From Azolla caroliniana (taxonomy: Eukaryota > Plantae > Polypodiophyta): a stretch of 64,000 nt of DNA. A model generated the notes under the pieces. It made no database searches. It was not told where the DNA came from and saw only the letters and a list, made by a program, of their open reading frames with translations. Positions 46,439 through 59,003 of the stretch are shown here, one piece after another. The stretch lies in assembly GCA_043228905.1 (NCBI GenBank), contig JBHGNT010000009.1:18972001-19036000 (forward strand), read 5' to 3'. The translations under genes were made by a program, and so were the position numbers. Every line of letters starts with the position of its first letter. Position 1 is the stretch's first letter.

Positions 46439-47513
46439 TGTCGCGCTATTACACGCGTGCGTGTAGAACGAGGCGGGACCACGGGGGTCTTGGACCGAGG
46501 AACAAGAGAGCAAGAGGGGAGCAAGAAAGACAACGGTTGTGCTTCGCACACACACAAATACACAGAAACCGCAACCGATTGAAACAAGATGAATGTGCGT
46601 ATGTATATATATATATCAGATGAAAGGGGTTACAACCAGCGGGCCGGTAAACGACAAGCTTTGACGCCTACACGCACACACGCACACATGCACTCAGACA
46701 CGAGATGGAGACTCTGTCGGAAGCACTCGGGCGTTCCACGGAACAGAGTCACCCTCCCGAAAACCTGCACAACGCAAATATGGAGGAGAAGAGCTCGGTC
46801 CTAGTCCAATAGCAGTTCCTCCTCGACAAAAAGAGATCCCCTCCACAATACCTCTCCCTCTCTTTTATAGCCCATGGAGGGAGGCCGTTACAACCCGTTA
46901 CATCATCTTTATCCTCTGTCCTTTCAGATAGAGATATGCCTCGATTTTCTTCCTAACAAATGTATGCGACCTAGGATATTCACATCAGCCGACTTGTACC
47001 CAAATATGTATATTACAACAAAACTTGTGCCCGCATGTAAGCGCCAGTTCGCGCCCATTATTCTCTGATTCTGCCTAGGGACGGTTTTCTCCATGACATC
47101 CGCCCCCACCTAACCGCGCATCCACCGGTATGCGTCAAAATAGACTCTTGCCGGAGAAGACCGGCCTGCGCCTACCCTTCTTCCTCCCGATCGCCATTCA
47201 CTCCGAACCAGTCATCATCACTACCCAAGTCGTCCGAGTCTGGTTTAGCCTCGTGCCACTTTTTGGACGTTTTGATCCTTTCCCTGGCCACCTATATTGC
47301 CATCCTCATCCTGTCAAGCTCCACGAGATGGTAGGTCCCGTTGTCGTTGGCGCTTGTCACCACGTAAGGCCCAAACCACCTCCTTGCGAATTTCCGCATC
47401 GCCTTGTGCTGGTTGTCGAGGCTGTTGTCATATACTAGAACCCACTCGCCATCCTTGACTTTCTTCGGCCTTAGTCGGTGGGTCCGGTCGAATCATCCCT
47501 TGTTCTTTACCGT
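46439..47513 (-). mobile_element. Trp-group gypsy element D: integrase C-term, PPT and 3' LTR (46439-47098)
   Basis: LTR starts TGTCATGGAGAAAACCGTCC on minus; PPT GGTGGGGGCGGA; RKFARRWFGPY-type C-terminus. Confidence 0.83.
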
Positions 47514-48445
47514 TGTCGTGCCTTACGGCTCCGGATCGTTGCGTGAGTCGGGTGGGAACCGCTGGGGTTTTGGACCAGGAGGAAAGAAAATTCTAAGGCA
47601 ATTAAGAATATGAAATATATTGTAAGAAAGAAAGATATGAAAAACTCATGAATTCCATGAGTATAGTGTATTAGTGAGTACTCAAATTATGAGAGACAAA
47701 TAGTTAGCAAACTTCTGGATCCCATGATTATATTATATTAATCAACCCTTGTAAAATAATCAACAACCTCTATACATCTTTCTCTCTTCCTTATATAGTG
47801 TTGGAAGAGTCTAAGTTTATCACATGCAAGTATCATGCTTTTCCTATCTTTAGTTTTCATGCACACTGCATGTGCATGATTAGCTTTCTATCTCATCTTT
47901 TCTTTTTACTCATGTGTCTATGCATGAATAACTTTTTGTACAATGCATGTCTAGAAATTTTACATGGGATAAAGTTTAGTATAACTTTAAAATTCATAAT
48001 ACTCTAGTATAATGATAAGGCTTAACATTATTAACATGGAGGTGCAAGGTTCGATTCTTGCCCTATGCATGTAATATATAATTTTATACTTTCTTCTATT
48101 TACAAATATATCTCTTCATCTGGTGAGAGACTCTCACCGACCTTCTTCATCCGGCTCTTGCCGGTTCTGCTTCATTCGGTTCTCGCCGGTTTTCTTTATC
48201 CGGTTCTTACCGGTCCTCTTCGTCCATTTCTCACCGACTCTCACCGCCCTTCTTCATCCGGCTCTTGCCGGTCTCCTTATGGGTTTCGGTCCTCACCAGT
48301 TCGTCCTTCCGGTTCTCACTGGGTACTCCATATCCTATCCGGAGAAACCAAAAGTGTAATTTTTCACGTAGTGTGCGAATTACACAACACTCGCCCCCTC
48401 CGAACCCGCACATCCTCCAGTATGTGCCGAAGTCCCCGATGCTTG

Positions 48446-51400
48446 CTATTCACCTTCATCTGAAGCTTCCTCCAATTCTCCCCTTAAGTCAACTATGAGT
48501 TGTAATCCACTTTCCTCGCTTTCCGCATCACCGCGATCTTCGTCTGATTGCTCCTTCTTGTCGGTCTTGTCTAGGATCACATAGGGTTCTTCTTCAGTCC
48601 GCTTCTTGAAAATCTTCACCCGTTTCCCGGCTATAGGCACTCGTACCGTCATTCCATCCAACTCGCATAGTCGGTAAGTTCCGTTATCGAAAACTTTCCA
48701 AACCTCATATGGCCCGAACCACCTTTTCGCGAACTTCCGCATCGTTGTATGTTGATGATCCAAACTACTGTCATAGACAATCACCCAATCTCCTTCTTCA
48801 ATCTTCCGCGGTCGTAGTCGGTGCTTTGTGTCGAACCAGCTTTTATTCCGGAATTGCGCTTCTTGTTGTCGGCGTATTGCTTCCGCTATGTCTTCCGGTC
48901 TTCCCTCCAATTGTCGTATCCGGACCGCTAGTAGTTCTTCCCAGCTCATCTCTTCCTTCCATGGTAGCATTGTCCATGTCGCGATTGCGGTTTCCGTCGG
49001 CATTACCGGTGCTTGTCCGGTCATAAGTTCTGCCGGCATGTAACCGGTTACGGAGCTATGCGTCGTCCGATCTGCCCATAGTGCATACGGAAGCATCTGC
49101 GGCCAATGCTTCACCCTTCCATCGCATGCCTTCCCAAGTGCTTTGACAATCGGACTATGTCCTCGTTCGATATTCCCGTTGGCTTCCGGATTGTATGTCG
49201 TTGTCAGTGTTAACCGAACTCCATGTTTAGTGAAGAATTCCTTAGCTTTATCAGAGTCGAGTTCTCCCCGATCCGCAATCACTTGTCCTACGCACCCATA
49301 CCTGCAAAACACTTCTTCCAAATGAAATTGACATACTGCAGAACACGTTTTCCTCCACGGCACCCGACCTTCTACTTGGTTTGTGAGATCTTCCCGAGCC
49401 AACACCAAGTACTTCTTTTGTCTGATCCCGGTTGGCATGGCTACAATATCGACCATCCATTTGAAGTTGATTGTCGGTGCGAATGTCGGATGTAACTCAT
49501 CTCGGTGTCATACTCCGGAGTAGATTTGACACTTCTCGCAACTTTCGGTGAACTCCGCGACATCTCTGTACATATTTTTCCACCAATATCTTTGCTTGAT
49601 CTTCCCAAATGTTGCCCATGTTCCCCGATGTCCAGCCCAATCAGATTCGTGAAATTCGGACATTGCCTGGTTTCGTTGCTCTTTTGTCCCGACTACTCAA
49701 AGTGGTATGCCACTCGGTCTTTTTGGCTCCCTCCATAAAAATCCATTTTTCAAGAAGAACTTTCGGACTTGCCGTTTCTTACTTCGGATCTCGGCTCTCT
49801 TCTCTTTATTGTCCGATGATTCCTCGATTTCTCATAGCATTTTCCTGATCAACAAGCTTTCTCCCTTGTATTCTTCTTCCCGGAATTCTTCAATTACGTC
49901 CACTCGGCATATGTGCTCCGAAGCAAAGTAGTCTTCGGAAACTTCTTCATTATCGGATTCGATTATGTCATCTCCAAACCGCGCCCTTGATAGCATATCC
50001 GCTACGGCGTTGTCTTTTCCGGAGATGTGTCTTACCTCCGGATTAAGTGACTTAACATATGCAATCCATCTTAGCATAGCCACATTCGGTATCGTGCAAC
50101 ACTGCATCATCCCGAGTATCGGAAGACAATCCGTTTCGATCACTACTTCAGCTCCGATCAAATAATCTCGATCCGATTTGATTGCCAACACGACTCCCCA
50201 TAATTCTCTTTTAACATGTGCATATCCGCGTTGCCTTTCATTGAGAACCTTTGCTCCGAATCGGATCGGATATCGTGAACCTTCCGAATCGGCTGGATTG
50301 ATGACCCACTCGATTCCGGTTGGACTTGCGTCAACCGTTACTATGATCGGTTGGTCATAGTTCGGCTTCTTTAGTGCTTTTGCCCTCTGTATTGATTTCT
50401 TGAGCTTCTTCACGACTTTGGTATGCTCCGGTTTCCATTCAAACTTCTTACCCTTCCGCAACAAGTTATAGAGTGGGTCCGCTATATGTGCATAGTGCGG
50501 AATCCATGTGGTAGAATGCACATGCTCCAAGAAACCTTCGAACTTTGGATTGTGACTCACATACTTCTTTCATAGCTTGAATCGCATCGATCTTGGTTGG
50601 TGACGGTCTTCGGCCGTAGGGCCCACATAGATGACCGACTACCAATATTTCTTCTTGTCCGAATGCCGATTTCTCTCCGGAAAGTGTTAGATGCACATCT
50701 TCTAGCTTCCGTAACACTTTCTCACAATCACGGATATGATTGACTACAAACCTTCGGCATCCCCGTTCATACATAGCTTCTTCTTTTTCTTCCACCGCAC
50801 ACCCTTTCATCGGAATGTCATCTAGGAACGGCATCGTTATCTCCGGTATGCAATCCCGGAGCACCTTGTTCATCGCATTCATCATATGTGCGACTGAGTT
50901 CGTCGCGCCTTGTGGTAGCGTACACATCCAGACTAATCCTATCAGTGTCCGCATGGTAGTGATGTCTGGGCTCTCCACGGCTAGTTGGAGTTGGTCATAT
51001 CCAGAGTATAGGTCTCCGATGGAGTATATCGCGCGACCGGCAAATGCTTCCGCAAATTCGTACACTATCGGACCGATCCGGAGTTCCGGATCGTGACCTT
51101 GTTCAGCGGTTGCAAATCTTGAATAAATCGGAGTGACCCATTCGTCTTCGGAACCGTAAACCATCGATTTGAGTACGGAGCATTTGATGGCTCTAGAATC
51201 CCCATCGCCACCTTCTCCTTGAGCAAGCCGATGATTTTCGGAATATGCGCCCGTGGCACTGGAATCCGCTTAAGGTTCCACGGCACATGGTCAATCGTGA
51301 AGATCACCATCGGCTCCACTATCTTCAGGTCAGCGCATCCTATTTCTTTCGATGTCAATGCAAATGCTCTCCCATGCTGCTCTAGCATCCCACGGAATCG

Positions 51401-52379
51401 TTCTTCTTCATTCTTTAATAGGAACCCACCTCCACCGATCCGAAGTTTCTTCCGGGTCTCATCCGTGAAGGCATGTCCGATATCCATGGACTTCCGAAGT
51501 GTTGGATCCCCCCGAGACTTCTTTCCTCTTTTGTTTGCTATCTGCGGATAACGGTCCCACGGCCGGTTTCACTTTCTTCTCCACGGTCTTGTATTTCGTA
51601 CTTACCATTGCTTCTTCTTTACGGAGCGCATCCGGCCCCATTTTCACAATGATCTCATACATCTCGACCGACTCCACCGGAATTACCCCGTTTCCCTTGC
51701 TTGTATCTTCTGTGAGCTCTTCAAGCCGTTGTAGTGTGCTCCCATAGAACACTTCTTCGACTATTCCCACGATTTCTTCATCTTCTTTTATTATTGATGC
51801 CGATCGTAACTTATCCTCCACTTTTCGGTATTCTTTCTTCATTCCTCCGGTTACGGCCGTGTACTTGGATGCCCCATCCGGACCGATTTGTACTTGTTTT
51901 GCACCGAGAGGTTTCTTCTTGTGTGGGGTATTAGGGCTTCTCGGACTATCACTTCCCAGTTCGTAACAGTCCGCTCTAAAAATCCATTCTTTTTTGGGAC
52001 AAGAGCTCTCTCTTGTTCCTTTCATGATTTGCCGGCACCGTTAGGAATTGGACGGATTTCCCTCCGTTTTGGCTCCGAATTCGCGCAAAAGCCGCACCGC
52101 TATTGAGCACCTTCGTCTCCATCTGTGATGCCGTGATAAAAGGTTGCCCGAGGATCACGGAGTGTGAGACCTTGTCTTGTACGACGAAATTTTGGTCGAT
52201 CTCAACATCCCCGATCTTCACCGTCACACCCGGACAAGCCGCAAATAGATCTTCCGTTGCTTTAGTGGCCGCCCGGATCTTCCACCCATGATTTGTGTTA
52301 ATAGGCCACTTACCCTTCCGGTAGAATTCCTTGGAAATCAAGTTGATCTCCGATCCATGATCAAACAATGCTAGCACGG
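48446..52379 (-). pseudogene. pol: pol of element E (PR 51976-52377; RT 50466-51487; RH 49832-50560; INT 48446-49800)
   Basis: FIQDLQPLN; DLYSGYDQ; LPQGATNS; FLDD; VDASPTG; AREDLTNQVEG; WFGPY. Confidence 0.92.
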
Positions 52380-53813
52380 TGTCGTGAAGAAAACCGTCCC
52401 CAGGCGCAAACCGTGTATAGCGTGTGTGAACCGGCCCTTACACGTGGGCACACCCCTTGTTGTATAGTAGATAGGTAGGCACAAAAGTCGAATGCTAGGT
52501 AGCAATATTCGATAGGGAGAATCAAGGAGTATCTCTGTCCGAAAGGACAGAGAATTAATGTGATGTAAACGGGGTCAACGGCCTCCCTCCTTGAGCTATA
52601 AAAGAGAGGGAGACGGGGGCTAGAGGGGAGTGTGGGGACTAGGGGGCGAGCTCTTCTTCTTTGTCGTTCTCCATAGCTTTTTTTTTGCGCAGGCCCTCGA
52701 GAGGCTGATTTCTGCTCCGTGGAACGCCCGTGTGCTTCCGGCAGAATCTCCATCTTGCTCCCCTTGTGTGCGTGGGTGATCAGGCGTCGGCATCCATCTA
52801 GCCGACCTGATCGGCTGTAACCGTTCGAGTCATCTGCATACATATATTTATATACATACGCTAGCGTTCCTATACTCTATCTCCTGCTCAACTCGTCTCT
52901 CCTGTGTTGTTGGGCCGTGTTCGCGTGCACTTCTTTGTCTATACGTGTGTGAGTGTCTCTCTCTCTCTCTCCCTTTTCTCACCTATTCCTCGGTCCAAGT
53001 CCCCAGTGGTCCCGCCTTGTTCTCCACGCATGCGCGTAACAACACGACATCTTTTGGTGAACCCAACGTGAACAGGCGGCAGAGGAGTAGAAGATGAGGG
53101 GGTCGGACCTCGCAGAAGCCATGGCTTCGGCTATGGACCGTATAGTGAGTGCGCGCGAAGGCACCGGCGCCCTTGATAGGGCTATCGAGGCGGTTATCGG
53201 TACGATCGACCGGTTTAGTGGGAAGGGTGCCACGAGCTACTTGGTGTCCTACCGGGCTGAGATGGTAATGAGGGACATTCCGGAAGAGAGGTGTCTAGCT
53301 GGATTCCCTCGAATGGCGATGCCGGGCATCCATACAGAGTTGCTTGAGGTACGGGCCAAGAGCCGGACCTGGGAGGAGTTCGAAGGTCGGCTCCTCGAAA
53401 AATATGGGCTTGAAGATGCGCTTCGACTTTCGAAGCGGGACTTCATGGAGTGGGTGGACACCCCCGACAAAGGAAGGAACGCGTCGGTGCTCCTCCGGGA
53501 GTTTGAGGAACGCTTCGCGCGCCTCTCGGTGCTTGACCTATTGTTAAGTCAGTTGACGAGCGGGATCGGGAGCAAGTAGGCCTCCTATTGGAGACTGATG
53601 ACGGGTTGACGGCCGACTGGGCCGTGGTGAAGAGGGTCTGTGGTCGTTTCGACAAACGGCGGGAATGGGTTGACAAAGGATCGACAGGGGTGGGCTCTGT
53701 CACAGCAAGGAAGCTCGAGCCAACACCACCAATGCGAAGGGAAGAGACCCGAGATTGGCTCGAGACCGGATCGGCTTCGGCCGGCATGGTCAAGGGCTCG
53801 TCCAAGGGAGCAG

Positions 53814-56800
53814 TGTAGAAAGTAGCGTGTGGAAGCAAGTATGAAGACCGAACAGAAGGAAGGAAACTCAGGTTCAATGGAGAGCTTGGGCTTACACGGT
53901 GTCGTGAAGAAAACCGTCCACAAGCGGAATCGGTGTACCGGAGCGTAGGAACCGACTCTTCATGCACGTGCGCCTTATGTTGTACATAGGAGATCCTAGG
54001 TAGATTCGGTAGGTAGGAAGTAAAGGGGAAACGGCTCCTTCCTTGCCTATAAAAGGAGGGAGACGAGGAGGGGCGAGGGATCGCGGAGAGTCGAGGACGA
54101 AGTGCTGTCGGTTTGTGTGCGAAGGCTTCTCTCTCTCTCTCTCTCTCTTTCTGGTTGGAAACGCCATAGCTTCCTTCTGTGCAGGTTTCAGGAGGCCCGC
54201 GCTGCTCTGAGGAATGCCCGAGTGCTTCCGGTAGCACCTCCAACCTACTCATTCCCCTCTGTGCGTTTACGAGCAGGTATCGGCATCTGTTCGCCGGCCT
54301 GTTCGGTTGTAACCGACTTCGTGTTTTGTTGTCTTCGTGTTCTTGTTGTTTGTCTTGTCAATACATACATACTTTCGTGTCTTTCTGTGTCGCTGTCCCA
54401 CCCGCGTCTTTGCGTTGAAGGGGCGTGTCCCTGTGAATCTACGCTCGCACGTAGTGGGTCTCTCTCTCTCTCTCTCTCTCTCTTACTCTTCGGTACAGGA
54501 CCCCCGAGGTCCCGCCTCACTCCACGCATCCGCGAGGAATACCTCGACAATGGTATACGTAGGAGAGACAGAGAGAGTAGACACAAAAACTATATTCGAC
54601 AATAATACTCAATCTCTGTACATAAGACGTGCTCAGTGAACACTTTTATACAAGCCCTAGAAGGACTGAACAAAGTACTGACAATACTTCAATGCTCATC
54701 AAGAGCCCCTACACTAACTCCCAAATATATTCCTCACGGAATATCTTTCCTAACGACCTCCGAGTTTACGCACTTGGCCTAACCGATCGGTCCCAACCGA
54801 TCCGGTCCTCGGCTTCTTCAGCCGATCCAGCTGATGTTGAGCTTGTTTCTCAACACTCCCCCTCAAGCTCAACTTGAGGCTCTTCAGGATCTTCACAGCA
54901 CCGGTCCCTCCTGGCTTCTCGCCTCGCTCGCACTCCTCGACCTATTCGACTCCGTGCGCTTCGACCCTTCCGGTCGGCTTGTCTGCTCATGTGGCCCTCA
55001 TCAGCTCTTCTGTTGTTGCGGTGTTGACGCTTCTTCTACTGCCTTTTCTTCCGCTTGGGCCTCGGTTGATTCAGCGTATCTGAATCAAACATCCGAACCG
55101 ACTTGGCTACCTCCGATCGGTTTTCTCTCTCGTCCGAGTTGGCTGTCTCCAACTCGTCTTCGGTCTTCTCGCCCTCGATGGCGTCATCTTCCCCATACGT
55201 GGCTGGCTTCGGCTCTCTCCTTTGGTTGCTCCCCTTCTGTCCGCTTTCGGACTTTTCCGCGGGTCCGCCCTCGGCTTCTTCAGCCGATCCGAAGTCGAGC
55301 TTGTCAACCGACTCGGTGTCGCGGTGCCCGCTCCTTTCCTGCTGCTTTGCTTGGTCGTTCGGGACTATTCTCCCCCTCAAGTTCGGCACGTCAAGGTGAC
55401 GCAACCCGAGCGCACCTGAGAATTGCCGCAACTTGTCTAGACCAAGAGGCTTGGTGAAGATGTCGGCAGCCTGCCGATCCGTCGGAACGTACTGAAGTTC
55501 GACTTCACCGGAAAGGACACGCACACGGACGAAATGGTAATGCACCTCAATGTGCTTGGTCTGTGCGTGGAAAACGGGGTTCTTCGCAAGCTGGATGCTG
55601 CTGAGGTTGTCGCAGTAGATCGTCGTCGGATCTGACACCTCCTCTTGCAGGTCCTTAAGTAGCCGCTTCAACCATATGGCTTCGCATGTCGCGACAGCCG
55701 CTCCTCGGTACTCGGCTTCGGTGCTCGACAGTGCAACTGTCGGCTGCTTCTTACTACTCCACGCGATCGCGGCACTCCCGAGGGAGAACGCGTATCCGGA
55801 CGTGGATCAGCGATCGGCGGCGTTGCCAGCCCAATCAACATCGGTGTAGCCGACTAACCGCGTGGCTGCACCGGTCCGATATAGCAGTCCCCGGTCCTTA
55901 GTGCCGTTGACATACCGAAGTATGCGTTGCGCACACTGAAGGTGCTCCTCGGTAGGTCACGCCATGAACTGACTGATCAACCTGACCGGATAACTGAGGT
56001 CGGGTCGGGTGATGGACAAGTATATAAGGCTTCCGACAATTTGTCGGAACCTCGTCGGGTTGCATACCTTTCCCGTGTCGGGACGAAGCTTGATGGTTCT
56101 GTCCAGAGGAGTCGAGACGGACTTACAGTCGGCCATCACGAATTTGAAGAGCATACTTAGCACGTAATGACGTTGGCTGATCAATATGCCTTCGGGGGTA
56201 CGGATCACTTCGATCCCGAGGAAGTAATGAAGGTCCCCCAGATCCTTCATGTCGAACGATGCCGCAAGCTGGAGCTTCACGCGGTCGATTTCACCTAGGT
56301 CGGCGCCGATGATGACCAAGTCATCAACATACAATAAAATACTAACCAGTCCGAGTCGACCTTTCCAGATGAACAGGGAAGAGTCCGATTTTGACGTGAC
56401 GAAGCCCATCCGACGCAGTCGTTGCGTGATCTTCGCATTCCAGGCACACGGGGCTTGCTTCAGTCCGTAAAGGGACTTCTTCAGTCGGCATACTGCCGAG
56501 GAGTTCGTTCCGGAGTGAAATCCGGGGGGCTGTACCATGTACACCTGTTCCTCAAGGTCACCTTGCAGGAACGCATTCTTTACATCCATTTGATGTAGGG
56601 GCCACCCCTTGGCCACCCCTTCGCGACCGGCTCAAATGTCTCATCGTAGTCGATGCCGTGTTTCTACGCGTAGCCCTTTGCCACTAGCCGAGCCTTGTAC
56701 CGGTTGACCGAGCCATCAGTGTTGTACTTGACCTTGTACACCCACCTACACCCGATCGGCTTCACACCCTTCGGTGCGTCAACCAGGTCCCAGGTCTCGT

Positions 56801-58828
56801 TCTCCGCCAATGCGTGCATCTCTTCCTCCATCGCGGCGTGCCAATTCGCGTCCTTCGCCGCTTCTGCGTAGCTCTCCGGCTCACGCATTTACGCTACACG
56901 GGTCATGTACGCATAATGATGCGCCATGTACTCGTTGTATCCGAACCGCACAACTGGGTTCTTCTGGCGGGTAGATCGGCGTAATCTCACATTAGCCGAT
57001 GTCGAGGCCTTCTCGGTTGACGTGGTCTTCATCTTTAAAGACCTGTCACCGGGTTCCTCGGAGTCGGACTCACGTCGGTCTGACTCGTTCCTTTCCGTGC
57101 CAGAATCCGACACCTTCTTCTTCCCTTTCTCTTTGCGCATAAACCGTCTCCTCGGCCTCCTGCGCGGGGAATGCACAGCCGAGTCTCCACTACTCGCCGG
57201 CTCTTCATCGGACTGGTCTTACTGACTCAGTCATCCAATCGGTCCACTTAACCGGAGTGAAATCGGACTCTCTTCGCGGGTCTTGATTTCGGGCTCATTT
57301 GGAGGCATCTCGGCCTCGCTGACCTCATCGTCAAAGCTCGTATTGGAGTCGGGGTTCCGAGTTGGGGGCAGGTACCAGGACGCGGACTCGTCAAACACAA
57401 CGTCGCGGCTGACACGCGCTTGTTTGGTGTGAGGGTTATAGCACTTATAACCCTTCTGCTCGTCCGAGTAACCGACCAAGATGCACTTCTCGGCCTTTGC
57501 GTCCAGCTTCCTCCTTTTCTCCTTCAATATATGCACATATGCAATGCTACCGAACACCCTCAAGTGCCACAAGTTCGGCTTCGTTCTGAAATATAGCTCG
57601 TGCGCCGACACTTTGTCTCCGATCCGGTTTTGGATGTATACCGCGGTCCTTACTGCCTCGGCCCAGTAGAACTTGGGCAAGCTCTTCTCCTCCAGCATTG
57701 CCCGTGCCGCTTCCACAATCGACCGATTCTTTCTCTCGTCCATGCCATTCTGCTCTGGCGTGTATCTACAACTGAATTCGCGGCGAATTCCCATTTGTTG
57801 TAGGTAACCGTTGAATTGAGCGGAAAAGTACTCTTTCCCGCCATCCGACCGAAGACACTTGATCTTTCGTCCTGTTTCGGCTTCCACGAACCCTTTGAGG
57901 TCCCGGAAACAGTCGAAGACTTCGCTCTTCCTCTCAATGAGATAGATCCACGTGTGCCGCGTGTGGTCGTCGATGAAGGAGACGAAATATCGGCTCCCGC
58001 CAAGACTAACGTTTTGTGCCGGCCCCCACACATCAGAGTGTATAAGGTCGAGTTTGTTCCAGCTCCGGTTCCACTCGTTGGGGAAAGGAAGTCGGTGTTG
58101 CTTCCCGAGCTGGCAGGCTTCACAAATTTGTGCCTTTCGGCCACTAAATTTGGGCAATCCAAACACTACCTGTTTCGATTGCAGATCTTGAAGCCGTTGG
58201 TGGTTGACGTGGCCTATCCGCTTGTGCCACAAGTCGATGTCCGACTCGGTCTTTTGTCCCTTCGCGAACATTGCGGTGCCGCCGTCAGTGGAGTCGAGGA
58301 TGAACATCCTCCCGTCTCTGCGCCCTTGCGCAATCACACAGCCTTCTTCCTCAATGAAGCACCCGAGGTGTGTAAACCGAACCTCCATCCCTTGGTCGAC
58401 GATCTGTCCGACCGAGACCAAGTTTTTCGTGATTGTCAAAACGTGCAGCACGTTCATGAGTTTCCCTTTCTGCCCGACATGGCTAAGGGGAACTTCTCCG
58501 ACATTCACGATCGGATGCGGAGTGTCGTCTCCAGTTGCGACTACTCCAAGTTGTATCAGGTTTTCAAGGTACGAGAACCACTCCTTATGGCTCGTCATGT
58601 GGTTTGACGCGCCGGAGTCTACGTACCACACCTCGTCCGATCTCGGGGTGATCTGTCTCATTGAGTTTGCTTCGTGTCTCGTCACGAAGACAGACCCTTC
58701 TCCAGCTCTCCCGGAGTCTTTGGCGTAGTGCGATTGCTGCCGATTTCTCTTGTCGGTATGTCCGGAGCCGTTTCCGGAACCGGTTCTCTCCAAATCGGCG
58801 CGCTTCTTCTAGCACTCGCTTTCCCATG
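53814..58828 (-). mobile_element. 5'-truncated degraded copia related to C (PR-INT 57231-58793, RT 55957-56888, RH 55036-55900, PPT 54856, 3' LTR 53814-54855)
   Basis: WYVDSGAS; HSDVWGP; KARLVAKG; YVDD; KHIEVHYHF; QAADIFTK; same PPT flank as Copia C. Confidence 0.92.
53900..54549 (+). mobile_element. Solo LTR of the Trp group inside the copia 3' LTR
   Basis: TGTCG..CGACA; TSD ACGG/ATGG; highly similar to 60490-61134. Confidence 0.9.
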
Positions 58829-59003
58829 CTCTATCTCCTGCTCAACTCGTGTCTCCTGTGTTGTTGGGCCGCGTTCCCGTGCGCCTCTTTGTCTATACGT
58901 GTGTGAGCGTCTCTCTCTCTCTCTCCCTTTTCTCACTTATTCCTCGGTCCAAGACCCCAGTGGTCCCGCCTTGTTCTCCACACACGCGCATAACAACGCG
59001 ACA

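Larger units (their letters stand above)
52380..59003 (+). mobile_element. Trp-group gypsy element G: 5' LTR 52380-53049, PBS 53055-53072, gag fragment 53094-53813, partial 3' LTR about 58829-59003
   Basis: 4-bp TSD ACGG; PBS TGGTGAACCCAACGTGAA; gag homologous to the ORF from 61178. Confidence 0.87.

Noticed and set aside
57816-58728. Long antisense ORFs over pol and gag regions here and elsewhere
   Set aside because: These are shadow frames of GC-rich retroelement coding sequence with no independent motifs.
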